A stretch of 64,000 nucleotides of DNA. Source: Octopus vulgaris. Its lineage: Eukaryota. Shown here in pieces: positions 1 to 13,896 of the stretch (its first letter is position 1; every line of letters begins with the position of its first letter). The DNA lies in the NCBI GenBank assembly GCA_951406725.2, contig OX597823.1, positions 114,452,001 to 114,516,000 on the forward strand, read 5' to 3'. The position numbers were made by a program, and so were the translations under genes. The notes beneath the pieces are model-generated. The model was not told where the DNA came from. It did not search any database and was given only the letters and a program-made list of their open reading frames with translations.

Positions 1-513
1 CACATGTATATATATATATATTTATATATATATATATATATACACACATGTGTACAAAAGTGAATTTGAGAATTCGTGTGGTTTGGTATATCATATCAAA
101 TATTTTAGGTGCGGTGTAGTCTTGAGTCAACGATATTAGCTAAAATGGAAGCTATGTCGTATGAGAACATTCAAATAAGAGACTGAGTAATGATAGTTAC
201 GTACGCTAGGGCGAATGTAGCGCTAGTGTTGATAGTGGCGGGGAGGTTAGGTACAGTTTTCTTGTCGTTGCTTGTTGTTGCTGATGCTGTAGCTTTGAGC
301 TTGGGTGTATCTTGGATGAGATGTTGTCAGCAGGTTACTTGGTGCGTGATGGGGGGGGGAGGAAGGCAATAAAGACGTAAGTATCGTGCAGCATGGAAGT
401 TAGAAATACGTTGTAGAACTCTCGAAAACATATTCTCAATAAAAGAAATAGCATTAACGATAATATTTGCACCAACAACAACAATTATTATTAAAAAAAT
501 AGCAATAATTTTA

Positions 514-536
514 ATGATGACGATGGTGATGATAAC

Positions 537-608
<72 letters not shown>

Positions 609-750
609 GGTGGTGATGATGGTGATGGTGGTGGTGGTGGTAGTAGTAGTGGTGGTGGTGGTGGTAGTAGTAGTAGTAGTGGTGGTGGTGGTGGTGGTGG
701 TAGTGGTAGTAGTAGTAGTAGTAGCAGTAGTGGTGGTGGTGGTGGTGGTG

Positions 751-821
<71 letters not shown>

Positions 822-831
822 GGTGGTAGTG

Positions 832-863
<32 letters not shown>

Positions 864-945
864 GGTGGTGGTGGTGGTGGTGGTGGTAGTGGTAGTAGTA
901 GTAGTAGTGGTGGTGGTGGTGGTGGTGGTAGTGGTCGTGGTAGTG

Positions 946-983
<38 letters not shown>

Positions 984-1068
984 GGCGGTGGTGGTAGTAG
1001 TAGTAGTAGTAGTGGTGGTGGTGGTGGCGGTGGTGGTAGTAGTAGTAGTAGTAGTGGTGGTGGTGGTG

Positions 1069-1116
<48 letters not shown>

Positions 1117-1120
1117 ATGA
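514..1120. repeat. Compound (GTA)n/(GTG)n trinucleotide microsatellite
   Basis: Direct reading. It explains the poly-V and poly-Y/H ORFs at 511-1653. Confidence 0.98.
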
Positions 1121-1429
1121 TGATATAATAATATTTTAAAAGTATTGACGTAACCTTTCACAAAAGTAAACAGACAAGAGGAAGAGCAGGATGGGATTGC
1201 AAAAGATATTTCATTGGTTGAACGACATTTCCACAGCGAGGCTGACTTTGTCGAGTTAAAAATAATAAAATTATAGAAATTCAAATCCAAAATAGGAACG
1301 AGAACAACACGCTGGAATGACATCTTGAGTCTTGAAGTTTCGTTTTTATAACCGGCGAAAAGAAAAAGACTGTGAAAAGCTGAAGAAAGGAAAGGAAAAA
1401 ATAAAAAAAATAAGAAGTTACTTTTCGAG

Positions 1430-1837
1430 GTGCAGGAGTGGCTGTGTGGTAAGTAGCTTGCTAACCAGCCACATGGTTCCGAGTTCAGTCCCACTGCGTG
1501 GCATCTGGGGCAAGTGTCTTCTGCTATAGCCCCGAGCCGACCAATGCCTTGTGAGTGGATTTGGTCGACGGAAACTGAAAGAAGCCTGTCGTATATATGT
1601 ATATATAAGTGTGTGTGTGTATGTTTGTGTGTCTGTGTTTGTCCCCCTAGCATTGCTTGACAACCGATGCTGGTATGTTTACGTCCCCGTCACTTAGCGG
1701 TTCGGCAAAAAAGACCGATAGAATAAGTACTGGGCTTACAAAGAATAAGTCCCGGGGTCGATTTGCTCGACTAAATGTGGTGCTCCAGCATGGCCGCAGA
1801 CAAATGACTGAAACAAGTAAAAGAGTAAAAGAGTAAG
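1430..1837 (+). mobile_element. tRNA-derived SINE family A, near full length, with internal (TA)/(TG) microsatellite
   Basis: A-box-like TGGCTGTGTGG, B-box-like GAGTTCAGTCC and a (GTAAAAGA)n-type tail. Many homologous copies occur in the window. Confidence 0.9.
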
Positions 1838-2187
1838 TATATGTAATCAAACAGTTTTGTGTAAATTTGATAAACATTCTCCTGTCATTTTATTTATTCC
1901 TACAGGGCGTGATGTTAATAACCCGCAAACATTGGTCTCCTCGTGCAGTTTGAGTATTGAAAGTGTGGCAGATACAGAATATTTTCTGAGAATATGCTTT
2001 TTCAAATTTTTTCAAAATTGGTACCTTTTGAAGCAACATTAACAGCAAACTCTATCGAACTACTGTTATTGGGTCTGACGCCATATCTTGTCACCATTAA
2101 ATCTTTTGTTTAATTGTTCTGTGGTACAACCAACTTTTAGGCGGCTGAGGAAATATCTATTTAAAAGAACAAGGACGACAATAACAG

Positions 2188-2300
2188 AGATGATGATGAC
2201 GACGACGACGATGATGATGATGATGATGAGGAGGAGGAGGAGGAGGAGGAGGAGGTGGACTACGACGATGATGACGAGGAGGAGGAGGAGGAGGAAGAAT
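2188..2300. repeat. (GAT)/(GAC)/(GAG)n low-complexity repeat
   Basis: Direct reading. Confidence 0.95.
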
Positions 2301-2789
2301 AGGAGGGTGCATTCTTTATTTACCACAAGTTTTGAGAAAAAGATCTTGATTACATAATCTAAAAGTGAGAGAAATAAAATCAAAAGGTTTTCTGGGCGAT
2401 ACTCGTGGAACCCTTGCACAAAACTACGCTAACCTTACAAACTAATCAAGTGACCTCTCCAAGCTGCCGTTCGCCCGTCTACGGCTCACGCTCAAAGCAG
2501 ACCCGTTTACACGGAACAGGCATGCGTGTATCGAATAACTTTCAGCTAATTTGTTGGTAATCCGCTTTTTTATGCTCTATTTTAATTTTCCTTATGCAGT
2601 ATAACTTGAAAAATATGACGAGTGCTTGGCGAAGAAGAAACATGTCTGTCTTCGGCGTTTTCAGCCTCATCCACCATAGCTTTTTCGCACAGGCGTCATG
2701 ACAGCTACAAAAGTACTTGGCCCACTCGGTCAGGTTTTATGAATTAAACACTATATATAAACTTCACTATGCACTATTACTTCTTAAAT

Positions 2790-3200
2790 CCAAGTATAGA
2801 AATAATATACATGAATGAGTTTCTAACCAATTACCCATTTTGACTGCATCGAATACAATATTAAGGAACGGATAATAAATTTGTCATCAGATGAGGAAAT
2901 GTTCAATGAAGCTGCTGTTCAGAACAATGGAACCTTAAGAAGAAGTGGCTTCGGTACAAATTAAACTACGTAGCGCAACTAATACCGGAACGTATCAAAC
3001 ATAGAAACCGGAAGATATAATGGCATATCCCACAATATATCACAAATACATTGGCAAACTTATCTAGGAACTTTCTCTGACTGGTAGATAGACACCTTCT
3101 TTCGCAACGCAGATAGAATATAATATTACTGAAAAGACATTCTTTAGAAATAAAGTTATAGTGTCTTTATAAAGGTATAGTATAATATAATAACAGATTT
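2790..3200 (+). mobile_element. Degenerate Penelope-like retroelement fragment (RT thumb/linker region)
   Basis: Manual translation gives NIKERIINLSSDEEMFNEAAVQNNGTLRRSGF, then RNRKI*WHIPQY..LSRNFL*LVDRH. These resemble, from recall, the PLE motifs RISxLSSNEEIFNKAAxxYNxALxxSG and RKRKIIWFNPPYS..FLxLIDKH. Stops and frameshifts are present. Confidence 0.6.
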
Positions 3201-4404
3201 GGACAACAAATCAACATCTCGCAGCGCCAGACAGCCACAGTAACCTGGATGCACTGTGGCAATACAGTAAACTTTCCATCTGTTAAAGGTACTGGTGTAT
3301 AGATACACAGAAATGAAATGGCCCGTTTAAAGTTAATAGAATACATTATCAGAATAGCGACTACATCCATTCATGTACAGGAAACTCCGTATCACACAAC
3401 AGATTATAGGAAATCCTAAATGCAATAGTGTAACCGATGTTATTACAAAGCAGATCAACGTCGATAAGGTCATCGTTTGACCTTTTCAGGGAAACGGTAA
3501 CATATACAATGGAATCATTAATATATACAAATTTTACAAAACTGAAAATTTTGAAATGCTGATTATACCAGCAAATCCTTAAATAGGAGTGACAAAATCG
3601 TCTTCACAGTTCAGTCTTTCAAACTTTAAATACAAATCAATGCCTGATTCCATTGAATTCCAAACTGAACAAATATCAAATCAAATTCTGACTTGGAGCT
3701 AAACGTGAGGTTGGCTTAACAGGGCAAAAATAGTCGTAGAAGAATGTTTTTTCATAAAACAGCGATATTTCTACCGGAACTTATCTCTCACATGTATCGA
3801 ACTCCCTTACCAAAGTCATGCATGACATACAAAAGCCATATGTCCAGTCAATGGGAAGGATATCTTCTAGCGCTATTATGTTCAAAACACCTCTGCCTGA
3901 GAAAATGTACGTTATATGAAACACCGTGTAACCGTACGTGATATCACATACGCAAAATTTATAATAGCTTTCTGAAATATCTGTTGAATGCTTCACTGTA
4001 TCTCTCTTTTCCCCTTTCTTTCTATTTCTCTCTCTCTCTCTCTTTCTCTCTCTTTCTCCGTATATTTGTATATATGTATGTATGTATGTATATGCTTGTA
4101 AATAAAAGAGGTAGATAGTGAAAATGATATTAACAACACATACACAAAACATACACACACACACACCACACATACTAACACGCACACGTACGCACACACA
4201 TGTACATACATGATGCACTGCGACATAGATCAGCACATACGTTGATATGCGTTTAAACATTCGTATATCACATACACAGAAAACCTTCAAATATCAATCA
4301 CATTTGTGTACGTGTCTGTGAGTGTGTGGATGTGTGTGTGTTTGTACTACTGTGTATGACTATATGACGAAATAAATAATGCGATAGAAAGAAAAGCTAC
4401 AGGG

Positions 4405-4440
<36 letters not shown>

Positions 4441-4757
4441 GGAACGCAATACTTTAGAGCGAAAACTTGAAAAAGTTCCACCATTGAAATCGTTGTCAAA
4501 GTGCTTCAGAGAATTGCGGTGAAATTTTACTTAAAAGTTAGTTGAAAGTAGGAAATACTACTTTGATAAATCGCCTGCAGAGATGCATCACTCGCATCTG
4601 TATATCAATATATATGTGTATATATGTATACGTGTCCACAACATCTCTATATACGTACATATCGATTGTACATCTATAACTGGATGTATCTATATATCCA
4701 CGTGCTTACATCCTAGTTCATCTTTGCTTATGTATTTTGGCGTGCTTATGCAAGTGA

Positions 4758-5039
<282 letters not shown>

Positions 5040-5414
5040 GGAAATATGCAGAAATTATACGTAGCAGTTACACGCCTACATACAAGCAAACTTAAAATTC
5101 TATGACAGACATATTGATGTAAGGTTTTATTCATAATACATTAGACATTTTGTGTTATATACTTATATGTCTGCTAAGGATGTGTAGATACATAATAATA
5201 CGCACTAGTATATAAACCCATCCACAAAAATAGACATATACGCACAATTATAGAAATGTGATAGACATAGACATACGAGAAAGATAGGTTGATAGCTTTC
5301 TAAATATGTTGTATAGACTATATATACGTATACATATAAATATTAATTTATACATACACACACATACGCACGCACACAGACACGCACACACATATATACA
5401 TATATGTATATATA

Positions 5415-5470
<56 letters not shown>

Positions 5471-5968
5471 CTAGACAATACAATGTTTATGTAAGAATGC
5501 ATGTATGTAAGTATGTATGTATGTATATATTTATTTATTTGTTTATGTGTACGTATGAACGAATGTACATATGTATATATTCCAATACAACAATAGGCCA
5601 ATCAGTAAAACAGATTTATTCAATTTTGATTGAATCGATCACATTCTCACATTTCTTCAAACTTTGATGACCACAAACTCATCATATATTCTCCTTCACG
5701 CATGCGTACACACTCACACTACCACTCTCTCCTTTATCGCTTCCCCTTTTTTGCATCTCTCTTTAGTCACATGACACTATAACTACTTCTATATCAATTT
5801 CTCGCTCTCTATACATTTTGCTTTCTGTTTTTTACAGTCTCGCATCCTCTCGTCTTGATTTTCTCATGCAGTCATATACAAAGTTATTTTAATCCTACAC
5901 CTATGTATATTTCGATACTTGTATTTTATTCATTAGTTTTCTCAGCCATTGCACCTCTCTCTATCTGT

Positions 5969-6000
<32 letters not shown>

Positions 6001-6161
6001 ACACATACACACACACACACAAATGCACACATATTTACACACACATATACACACACATATACACACACACACACCCATATACACCATACAGATTTGAATA
6101 TATTTAAATAAACTGATATCTGCATGTTAATTTCTCCATTTTCTTCTTTTTCTCTGTCATT

Positions 6162-6195
<34 letters not shown>

Positions 6196-6197
6196 TA

Positions 6198-6241
<44 letters not shown>

Positions 6242-6248
6242 GTCAGTA

Positions 6249-6295
<47 letters not shown>

Positions 6296-6308
6296 GTCAG
6301 TATATATA

Positions 6309-6366
<58 letters not shown>

Positions 6367-7344
6367 GAACGAGAGAGAGAGAAAATGTGAATCAACAGAT
6401 GATACCAAGTGAATCGCAATATAGAAAACATTTTGTAAAGTTCAAATGATTTGAACCTACCGGATGTGTAGACAACGGTTGAAACATATAAAACCTTGGG
6501 TTTTATTGTGCAAACTGTCTATATATGTATACCTGTAACAAGAAAAGGCAGATTCAAAATTTGCAGACACCCCTCCCTATACACACACACATATATTTAT
6601 ATATATATACATGCTTCCGTATGTGTATTTTTTTATTTTCTGAGTTTTCAATTTGTGGTTCTTAATGGTGATAGGCTGAAAGGTAAAGGTGGTTACCATG
6701 GAGATGACATAAACTTAGAACTTGATGGAACTAAGTATTCGCTCAAATTCTTGCTTCATCCACTCCAAAATGAACGAGAAATCGATATCGTTCGATCTCA
6801 TCTCGGAAGTCCAAGTATACGCAGAAATTAACCAATTATATGAGACTCACTCTGCTACGTCACTCGACCTACCAGAAATAACAACAGAATCGCACAGAAA
6901 TCTTTTTGTTGTGGGAAAATATGGTAAAGAATAACGTAATCATAAACATACTTCTAGACAACAGTGGCCATGGCTGGAATGCCTTTAAATATAGACTGGC
7001 TCAGTCAAAGTAAACGTGAATTTAAGCAAGAAGGACGACCAAGTTCATTGCGTCCTGATTATACAGACATACGTAAGAATTACTTTTCTCTTCATTCTTC
7101 CATTACCAAAGATGTTGTTTCTGTACATTTTATGGGTGTCTATTTGGCTTCCATCATTTTCTTCGTTTCAGAATTGTGTAAAGAAAGTGCATTCACAGCA
7201 AGTTGATACTGAGACTACTCTGCCATCTTCATTAACTAGAAATTTATATTTTCCAATTATGGCTCTTATCCCAATGATATATTGACATTTTCGCTTCTAA
7301 CCCATTTTCGCACATGGGTACACGTTAATAGAAGGTGAAGGGTA

Positions 7345-7442
7345 TTACTGATTAAAGTCGATTCTAGTTGCTGACTGATACTTTATTATATCGACCCCGG
7401 AAGGATGAAAGACAAACTTGACCTCGACGGATATTTGAACTG
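7345..7442 (-). mobile_element. SINE family B fragment (degenerate)
   Basis: TCGACCCCGGAAGGATGAAAGACAAACTTGACCTCG matches the family B copies at 53016 and 60300. Confidence 0.75.
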
Positions 7443-8230
7443 ATATATGTATAGAAATAGTAATGAGAATTATGACGAATGGCGTCCAGAATTGGAGAAT
7501 TATTCACCAGCAGCAGTAGTTGACATCCAATTATCCGAATACTTAATACCATTGTAAATACTGTTTTTCTTTACAGATTTAGCCTCGGAAAATCCTTTGG
7601 AAGAATCGTAAAACCGGAGCAGCTGACTTTCGTAATTAGCAATAACTACAAAGTTGACTTCTTTCAATGGCCGGCCAGTAAAAGATCAACTTTCTCTTAC
7701 CAGATATGTTCATATCTGATGAAGGCATGAAAGAAACTTTTTAGAAGTGGAAGTTCTCTCACAAAAGCAACTTTAAGGAAATCTATTGAAAGTGAATAAA
7801 GTGTTTCAACGAGTCAGAGTATCAAAATGTTGATGAGATAAGGGTTAAAGGTGACGTGGCATTAATACACTATTGACCTGATATTCAGGCTCAATTTCGT
7901 TCCCTATTCACTTTCTTTTGTTCCATTTTTCTTCTGTGTTGCTATAATAAAATTTGCAGATGTACATGTGAATGAGAAAAGATACGCTGCCGCTTAGTTA
8001 AAGCCAGCTCACGGTTTCAATACTTGGTTGAAGATGTCTTACTTTACATACATATCTAATGATCTATTTCGAGTATGAATTTCTTATATGTTCTTTTCTC
8101 ATTGCCAGAATAATTCTATAATTATAATTAATTATTGTGGAGAGTATTATAGAAGACGAAGGTAATGTGATGGTGACGCGAGTTCACCCATAAATATCTT
8201 CAGGATTAAACGGAATCCAACTTTTCTTTT

Positions 8231-8452
8231 TTAAACAATAACACCACTACCATCACCATCACTTCCAGCACCACCACCATCATCATCATCATCATCATCA
8301 TGGTCATTATCGTTATCATTATAACCGATCATCACCACCACCATCATCAACGTCGTCATCGTCATTATCATCACCACCATCGTCATCATAATCGTCGTCA
8401 TTACAATCATCATCATTGTCATCGTCGTCACGACCACCACCATCATCATCAT
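8231..8452. repeat. Degenerate (CAT)/(CAC)n repeat
   Basis: Direct reading. Confidence 0.9.
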
Positions 8453-8898
8453 CTCTCGACTATTACGCGATTTGAACATGTTCTACGTATCGCCTATCTT
8501 CCTAAGGTACCTGATTTCATCAACACTCGCAGTGTGGTTCTCCGTGGTAATCAACATATCACCCTAGCATTGGTTGATTTCCAAATGATGACGTAACTGC
8601 TGGACAACTCTGGATGCCGCAGTGGCTATCGTCTATATTGTTGGGCAAACAGAGTTGGTCACTGATGACTTCCTACATATAACTGACGGTAATCGTCATT
8701 TTCAACATCCGAAAGTAACAGCAATCTGCAAGCTTTGAATCCGAAGATTGTAATTCGTAAAAGAACTCTAGCTTTACTATAATATTGTGATATTTGAGTG
8801 ACATGGAAATAGAATGATCTTGTCCCGATACTTAATTAAATTTCTGGTTATAAAATGTCATTCATATCACTACAAAAACAATTTTGAATAAAGAATAT

Positions 8899-9200
8899 CA
8901 CCGTGACCGACCAGGCTATCAGATGTTGCTACACATCGCTGGTCACACTGCGCTTCGCATTGTGTTAGCCTTCAAATAACGCCAGCCCGCTGGCTAAGCG
9001 AGCAGGCCAACAGAAGAAAGCGTAAAAGAAAGTTGTGGCGAAAGAGTACAGCAGGGATCGCAACCACCACTCTGCAGGAGCCTCGTGAAGCTTTAGGTGT
9101 TTTAACTCAATAAACACTCACAATGCCCGGTCAGGGAATCGAAACCACGATCCCACGACCGCGAGTCCGCTGCCCTACCACTGGAGCATTGCGACTTCAC
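8899..9200 (-). mobile_element. tRNA-derived SINE family C (head H1, tail T1) with 13-bp TSD
   Basis: The head is homologous to 45880-46070. GAATAAAGAATAT is duplicated at 8886-8898 and 9201-9213. Confidence 0.88.
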
Positions 9201-9254
9201 GAATAAAGAATATAAAAATATAAAAGAAATAAGAATAGAAGAGAAACAAATGTA

Positions 9255-9655
9255 GGCACAGGCATGGCTGTGTGGTAAAGAAGTTTATTTACCAACTAGA
9301 GGATTCCGAGTTCAGTCACACTATGTAACACCTCGTGCTTATGTCTTTTTTTTATTATAGCCCGTGGTTGACAAAATCCTAGAAGGAAACTGAAAGAAAT
9401 ACGTCGCAGATTCATATCTACACATACCTATATGTCTGTATTTCTTTGTTTGTAGCTGTCTTCCACCATCGCTTGACAACCGGTGTTAGTTTGTTTACGA
9501 CACCGTATCTTGGGGATTCCGGAATAACCGTTCGATAGAATAAATATCAGTCTTATAATTATAAGTACTGGGGATCGATTTATTAGACTAACATTTTCAA
9601 AGCCGTATCCCATCCCAGAAAGGCTGCTGTCCAGTGACTAAAACGAGTAAAAGGT
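9255..9655 (+). mobile_element. SINE family A, old diverged copy
   Basis: Colinear similarity to 1430-1837 from head to tail. Confidence 0.8.
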
Positions 9656-9929
9656 GAAATATAAAACATAAGAGAAGCGTAATTGTGTAATCTTGTATTT
9701 TCTCCATCATTAAAAACTTTCAAGCCATAAGCTCGTAACGGACAGTGCCCTTATGATGAAGATAAAATAAGATACTTTAAGATAAAAGTATAATTATCCA
9801 GATTTTGTACAGACTGATTCAGAATTATTCCCTTTGGCATTCAAATAATATATAATTACGATTTTGTCTTTATATACTTTATATATTTTAATGCCATCTT
9901 TGCTATATTGATACCTATACTTATATACG

Positions 9930-9978
<49 letters not shown>

Positions 9979-10355
9979 GCAACAGAAAACAGGAATTTCA
10001 ATTATCCCCACGTGGAAAATTATAATGTATATAAGAAATATATATATATGTCTATGTATGTATGTATGTATATATATATATATATTTTTTTTTGTGTATG
10101 TGTGTGTTTGTATACACATACATGCAAACATTCATACATTCATACATACTTACATAAATATATATATACGTATTTGTGTGTGTATATGTATGTATGTAGG
10201 TAGGTATGTATGTAGGTAGGTAGGTAGGTAGGTTGTAGGTAGGTAGGTATAGGCGTTTATGGCAAAATAGCAAAGATGGCATTGAAATATTTGATGTATA
10301 TAAAGAGGTAATTGTATATACATAATTCACTCAGCTGTAGAAATGAGTTGCGATG

Positions 10356-10474
10356 TCACCGGTGCCAAGTAGTATCGGCCTTCGCTTTATCATTGGGCAA
10401 CATTGGTGGCGTGGAGAGTGGAGGCGTCAATCTCGGAGGGGAACTTTCCAGATTTTTTACCTTTTTGGCTAAAT
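10356..10474 (-). CDS. Candidate terminal coding exon, (D)LAKKVKNLESSPPRLTPPLSTPPMLPNDKAKADTTWHR*
   Basis: Unique, GC-richer island between microsatellites. AG acceptor after a (TG)n tract, open frame to TGA, and phase-compatible with the candidate exon at 15599-15674. No recognisable domain. Confidence 0.3.
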
Positions 10475-10949
10475 CTATACACACACACACACATATGTAT
10501 ATATGTATGCACACGCACACACAGATACACACACACATATATATATACACAAAGTGGTTCGTATGATTGTGTATAGAAGAATATATTACTCAAAGTATTT
10601 TCAATTCTGTCTGTCTTCCACCTTTTATTTATAATCTTCAAATATTAATATAAGATATAAAATAATATAGTAAAAAGAAATGAAATGAAGTATTAATTGT
10701 CTATTCGTATTGAACAAATGAAATATTAAATGTCTATTCTTATTGAACTAGTATAATTTCTTGCATTTATGCAACCTTCAGGTTCATACGATGGTGGTGA
10801 CAGTTGTGTTCATTGGTTTCAAATGTGGCTGATTGGTTAAATTTTGTCCTTTATATACATTCCTGTGGATAGAAGTAGTAGTTGTTGCTTAGCTATTTTT
10901 AGAAATGATGACAGCAGTACTTTTTAAAAATTGTTCTTTCTAAATGTCA

Positions 10950-10986
<37 letters not shown>

Positions 10987-10991
<5 letters not shown>

Positions 10992-11119
10992 GCAAAAGAA
11001 AAAATTTCTAATGCCAAAATATGCCGAAAATTGACATAACGTCAATAAATTACGTGGTTATTGATGTTATATCTATTTTCGGTATATTTTGGCATTAGAA
11101 TTTCTTTCTTTTGCCCTTA
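10987..11119. repeat. Fold-back hairpin (~60-bp arms) adjoining (TA)n
   Basis: TAAGGGCAAAAGAAAAAATTTCTAATGCCAAAATATGCCGAAAAT pairs with ATTTTCGGTATATTTTGGCATTAGAATTTCTTTCTTTTGCCCTTA. One arm recurs at 13467-13526. Confidence 0.92.
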
Positions 11120-11207
11120 CTTATAAATTGTTTATAAATTTAACCTTTAAAATTATTTTTAATATGGCGGACATTGATAGAATTATTTTCGAAAACTTTT
11201 ATCCTAC

Positions 11208-11251
<44 letters not shown>

Positions 11252-11295
11252 TATATATATGTGTGCATATATATATGTATATTCATATATATAGG

Positions 11296-11374
<79 letters not shown>

Positions 11375-11515
11375 CTTCGTTCAGTCTCCGACAACGAGAT
11401 TCACAGATTCATTCACAAGTCTTTGGAGTTGCTGTGGAAGTCCCTTGCCCAAGTTGCGACACTGCAGATTGAACCCAGAATCATGTGGTTGTGAAGCAAA
11501 CATGCTAGCCACCTG
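11375..11515 (-). mobile_element. SINE family A 5' fragment
   Basis: CCCTTGCCCAAG..GATTGAACCCAGAATCATGTGGTTG matches the reverse complement of the family A head. Confidence 0.7.
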
Positions 11516-11729
11516 CCAGAACTTATGTATGTAAGTATCCCTTCGAGTTTTTATCCCTAATAGTGGTTTGCACTTTAGCTGTTCCTTCTAGCGTGAAAGG
11601 TATCCTATGACGGATACCCCTTATGTGTTTAAATGTACACTGTATTTATATGAATAGTATATAGTCTATTAACTAATTTTTCTACACGCTAAGCCACTGG
11701 TAGTAAACATTTCTAAAATCTTTATTACC

Positions 11730-11810
<81 letters not shown>

Positions 11811-12214
11811 ATATATATATATGTATGTATAACATATATAAATATATATGTATCTATGTATGTATGTAGGATGTAGGAATGTATGCATGTATGTATGTAT
11901 GTATATACAGACCTCTAAGAAAGATCAAAGTGTAGGTCGCTGATATCATGTTTAAAATATAGTTTCCATAGATATTTGATAGAAATCAGTCTTGGCAATT
12001 CCATGCGTAATTTCTCTCTAAATTCTATGTCCTGTTTATAGGAAAATTACATCAAACGCTAGGAATCAATAAGGTAATTGCTTCATCAGTTATCGTAATA
12101 ACAGGTGTATAGCGAAGGAAATGCCTCATTAAAGACCAGTCATCTGGAGAATTATTGATACATGCATACATGCTTGTATCTAATGCTTGTAGTTGTGTGT
12201 GAGTATGCATGTAT

Positions 12215-12259
<45 letters not shown>

Positions 12260-12553
12260 TATATATATATGTGTATGACTGTCTGTGTTTGTATGTGTGT
12301 ATGTATGGATGTATATAATTCATGTAAAACACACAAACACAGGTACACATAAGCGAAATTACGCACATTAAAATAATGATTCTATGAAGACTTGTCCAAG
12401 GAAACAAGACTAGTATTGTAACTCTCATTATTTTTATAAATAAATATATCTATTCTGCGTATTTAGCTCTTTGCCCGACGTCGTACTTCTCACTAATATT
12501 AAATCAAATTATACCACACAGAAACACACACCCACACACACATAAATGCATAA

Positions 12554-12634
<81 letters not shown>

Positions 12635-12670
12635 AAAGGAGTTATACGCAGGTGTTATTCAAATTCTCTT

Positions 12671-12759
12671 ACTTCCGACACATGTTTCGATAGATATCAC
12701 TTTATTATTTCAAAGGAATAAAATGGTGTAAAACAATGTAATCTTCTCTTCAGGGAAGT
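12671..12759 (-). ncRNA. Type I hammerhead ribozyme motif, intact core
   Basis: The minus strand reads ACTTCC-CTGAAGA-GAAGAT...ATCTATC-GAAAC-ATGT-GTC-GGAAGT. This gives a 6-bp stem I, the CUGANGA and GAAA cores, and a GUC cleavage triplet. Confidence 0.75.
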
Positions 12760-13112
12760 GAAGAATTGAAACTCGTCAATAAGACATTTTAACAGAAAAT
12801 GATGGATATCTATAGTGATTAACTGAACGCTATTAAGATTGTTTCAAAAAAACGTTATAGGATATTTTCTTCTTACATTTCACATTCACTAGATATATAT
12901 TTTTCCAAGTCTATATGGTTTTATTTAATATACATATAGTCATATACTTCTCATTTATTTGGTTTTCTTTCCATTATCATACCTCTTTCTATTGGCTACT
13001 TCTCACATTATATCCTATAACGTTTTTTGAAACAATCTTAATCGCGTTCAGTTAATCACTATATAAATCCAATTTTCTGTCAAAATTTCTTATTGACGAG
13101 TTTCATTTCCTC

Positions 13113-13201
13113 ACTTCCTTGAAGAGAAGATTACATTGTTTTACACCATTTTATTCCTTTGGAATAATACCAGTGATATCTTCGAAACATGCGTTGGAAG
13201 T
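13113..13201 (+). ncRNA. Type I hammerhead motif with C3>U core substitution (probably impaired)
   Basis: ACTTCC-TTGAAGA-GAAGAT...ATCTTC-GAAAC-ATGC-GTT-GGAAGT. Confidence 0.65.
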
Positions 13202-13404
13202 AAAAGAATTTGAATAACACCTGCGCTTAGCTCCTTTTATTTATTTATATATATTATACAAAATATTTCAAGTAAACTCGAAGTTTCTACCTTTAAAAAC
13301 AATCAGTTATAACCTTTTTACTTGTGTGACTTTTTGCTACCCTGGTAATTATTTATCTATTTTTTCCGTTTAAAATTTTTAACAAGGGAAAATTCACACA
13401 TCTA

Positions 13405-13468
<64 letters not shown>

Positions 13469-13533
13469 ACTTATAAACAAGGGCAAAAGAAAAAAATTCT
13501 AATGCAAAATATGCCGAAAATAGACAATTCAAC

Positions 13534-13756
13534 AGGTTGCTTTGCCGCATACCGAAATAATTAGAAATAGCAGTCAGAGACTGTTTATTTCTATTTTCTA
13601 CAAGTGGGGCTCCACATACGACATAACCCTGTAATTCACATATGCAAAATATGTGAATTACAGAGTTATGTCTTATGTGGAGCCCCACTTGTAGAAAATA
13701 GAAATAAACAGTCTCTGACTGCTATTTCTAATTCGTTCGGTATGCGGCAAAAGCAA

Positions 13757-13759
<3 letters not shown>
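13534..13759. repeat. Near-perfect ~110-bp-arm palindrome adjoining (TA)n
   Basis: AGGTTGCTTTGCCGCATACCGAA...TTCGGTATGCGGCAAAAGCAACCT, with its centre near 13647. Confidence 0.95.
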
Positions 13760-13824
<65 letters not shown>

Positions 13825-13826
<2 letters not shown>

Positions 13827-13896
13827 AAAAAGGAAGTAATCAGAATTTAGGATAATAAAACAAGATCCAAAATTCTGACTGCGTCCTCTTTTCTTT
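13825..13896. repeat. Short degenerate hairpin adjoining (TA)n
   Basis: AGAAAAAGGAAGTAATCAGAATTT pairs imperfectly with AAATTCTGACTGCGTCCTCTTTTCT. Confidence 0.7.

Larger units (their letters stand above)
12634..13238. mobile_element. Inverted-repeat element (~230-bp arms) adjoining (TA)n, each arm carrying a hammerhead motif; probable Penelope-like pLTR derivative
   Basis: Arms 12634-12865 and 13010-13238 are diverged reverse complements around a ~145-bp spacer. Confidence 0.8.

Noticed and set aside
511-1653. 380-aa ORF, and the many YIYI/HTHT/poly-K/poly-I ORFs across the window
   Set aside because: They are microsatellite and SINE read-through with no coding character.
2640-2680. Hammerhead-like GGATGA-GGC..GCC-GAAGAC on the minus strand near the PLE fossil
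   Set aside because: Both core segments deviate from consensus and there is no stem I or III support.
7577-7730. Plus-strand acceptor (TTTTTCTTTACAG) with a short open frame and a 44-nt hairpin at 7650-7693
   Set aside because: No partner exon or recognisable peptide. The hairpin is too short for a pre-miRNA.
10776-10862. Possible minus-strand exon upstream of 10474
   Set aside because: The frame that would join the next exon contains several stops.
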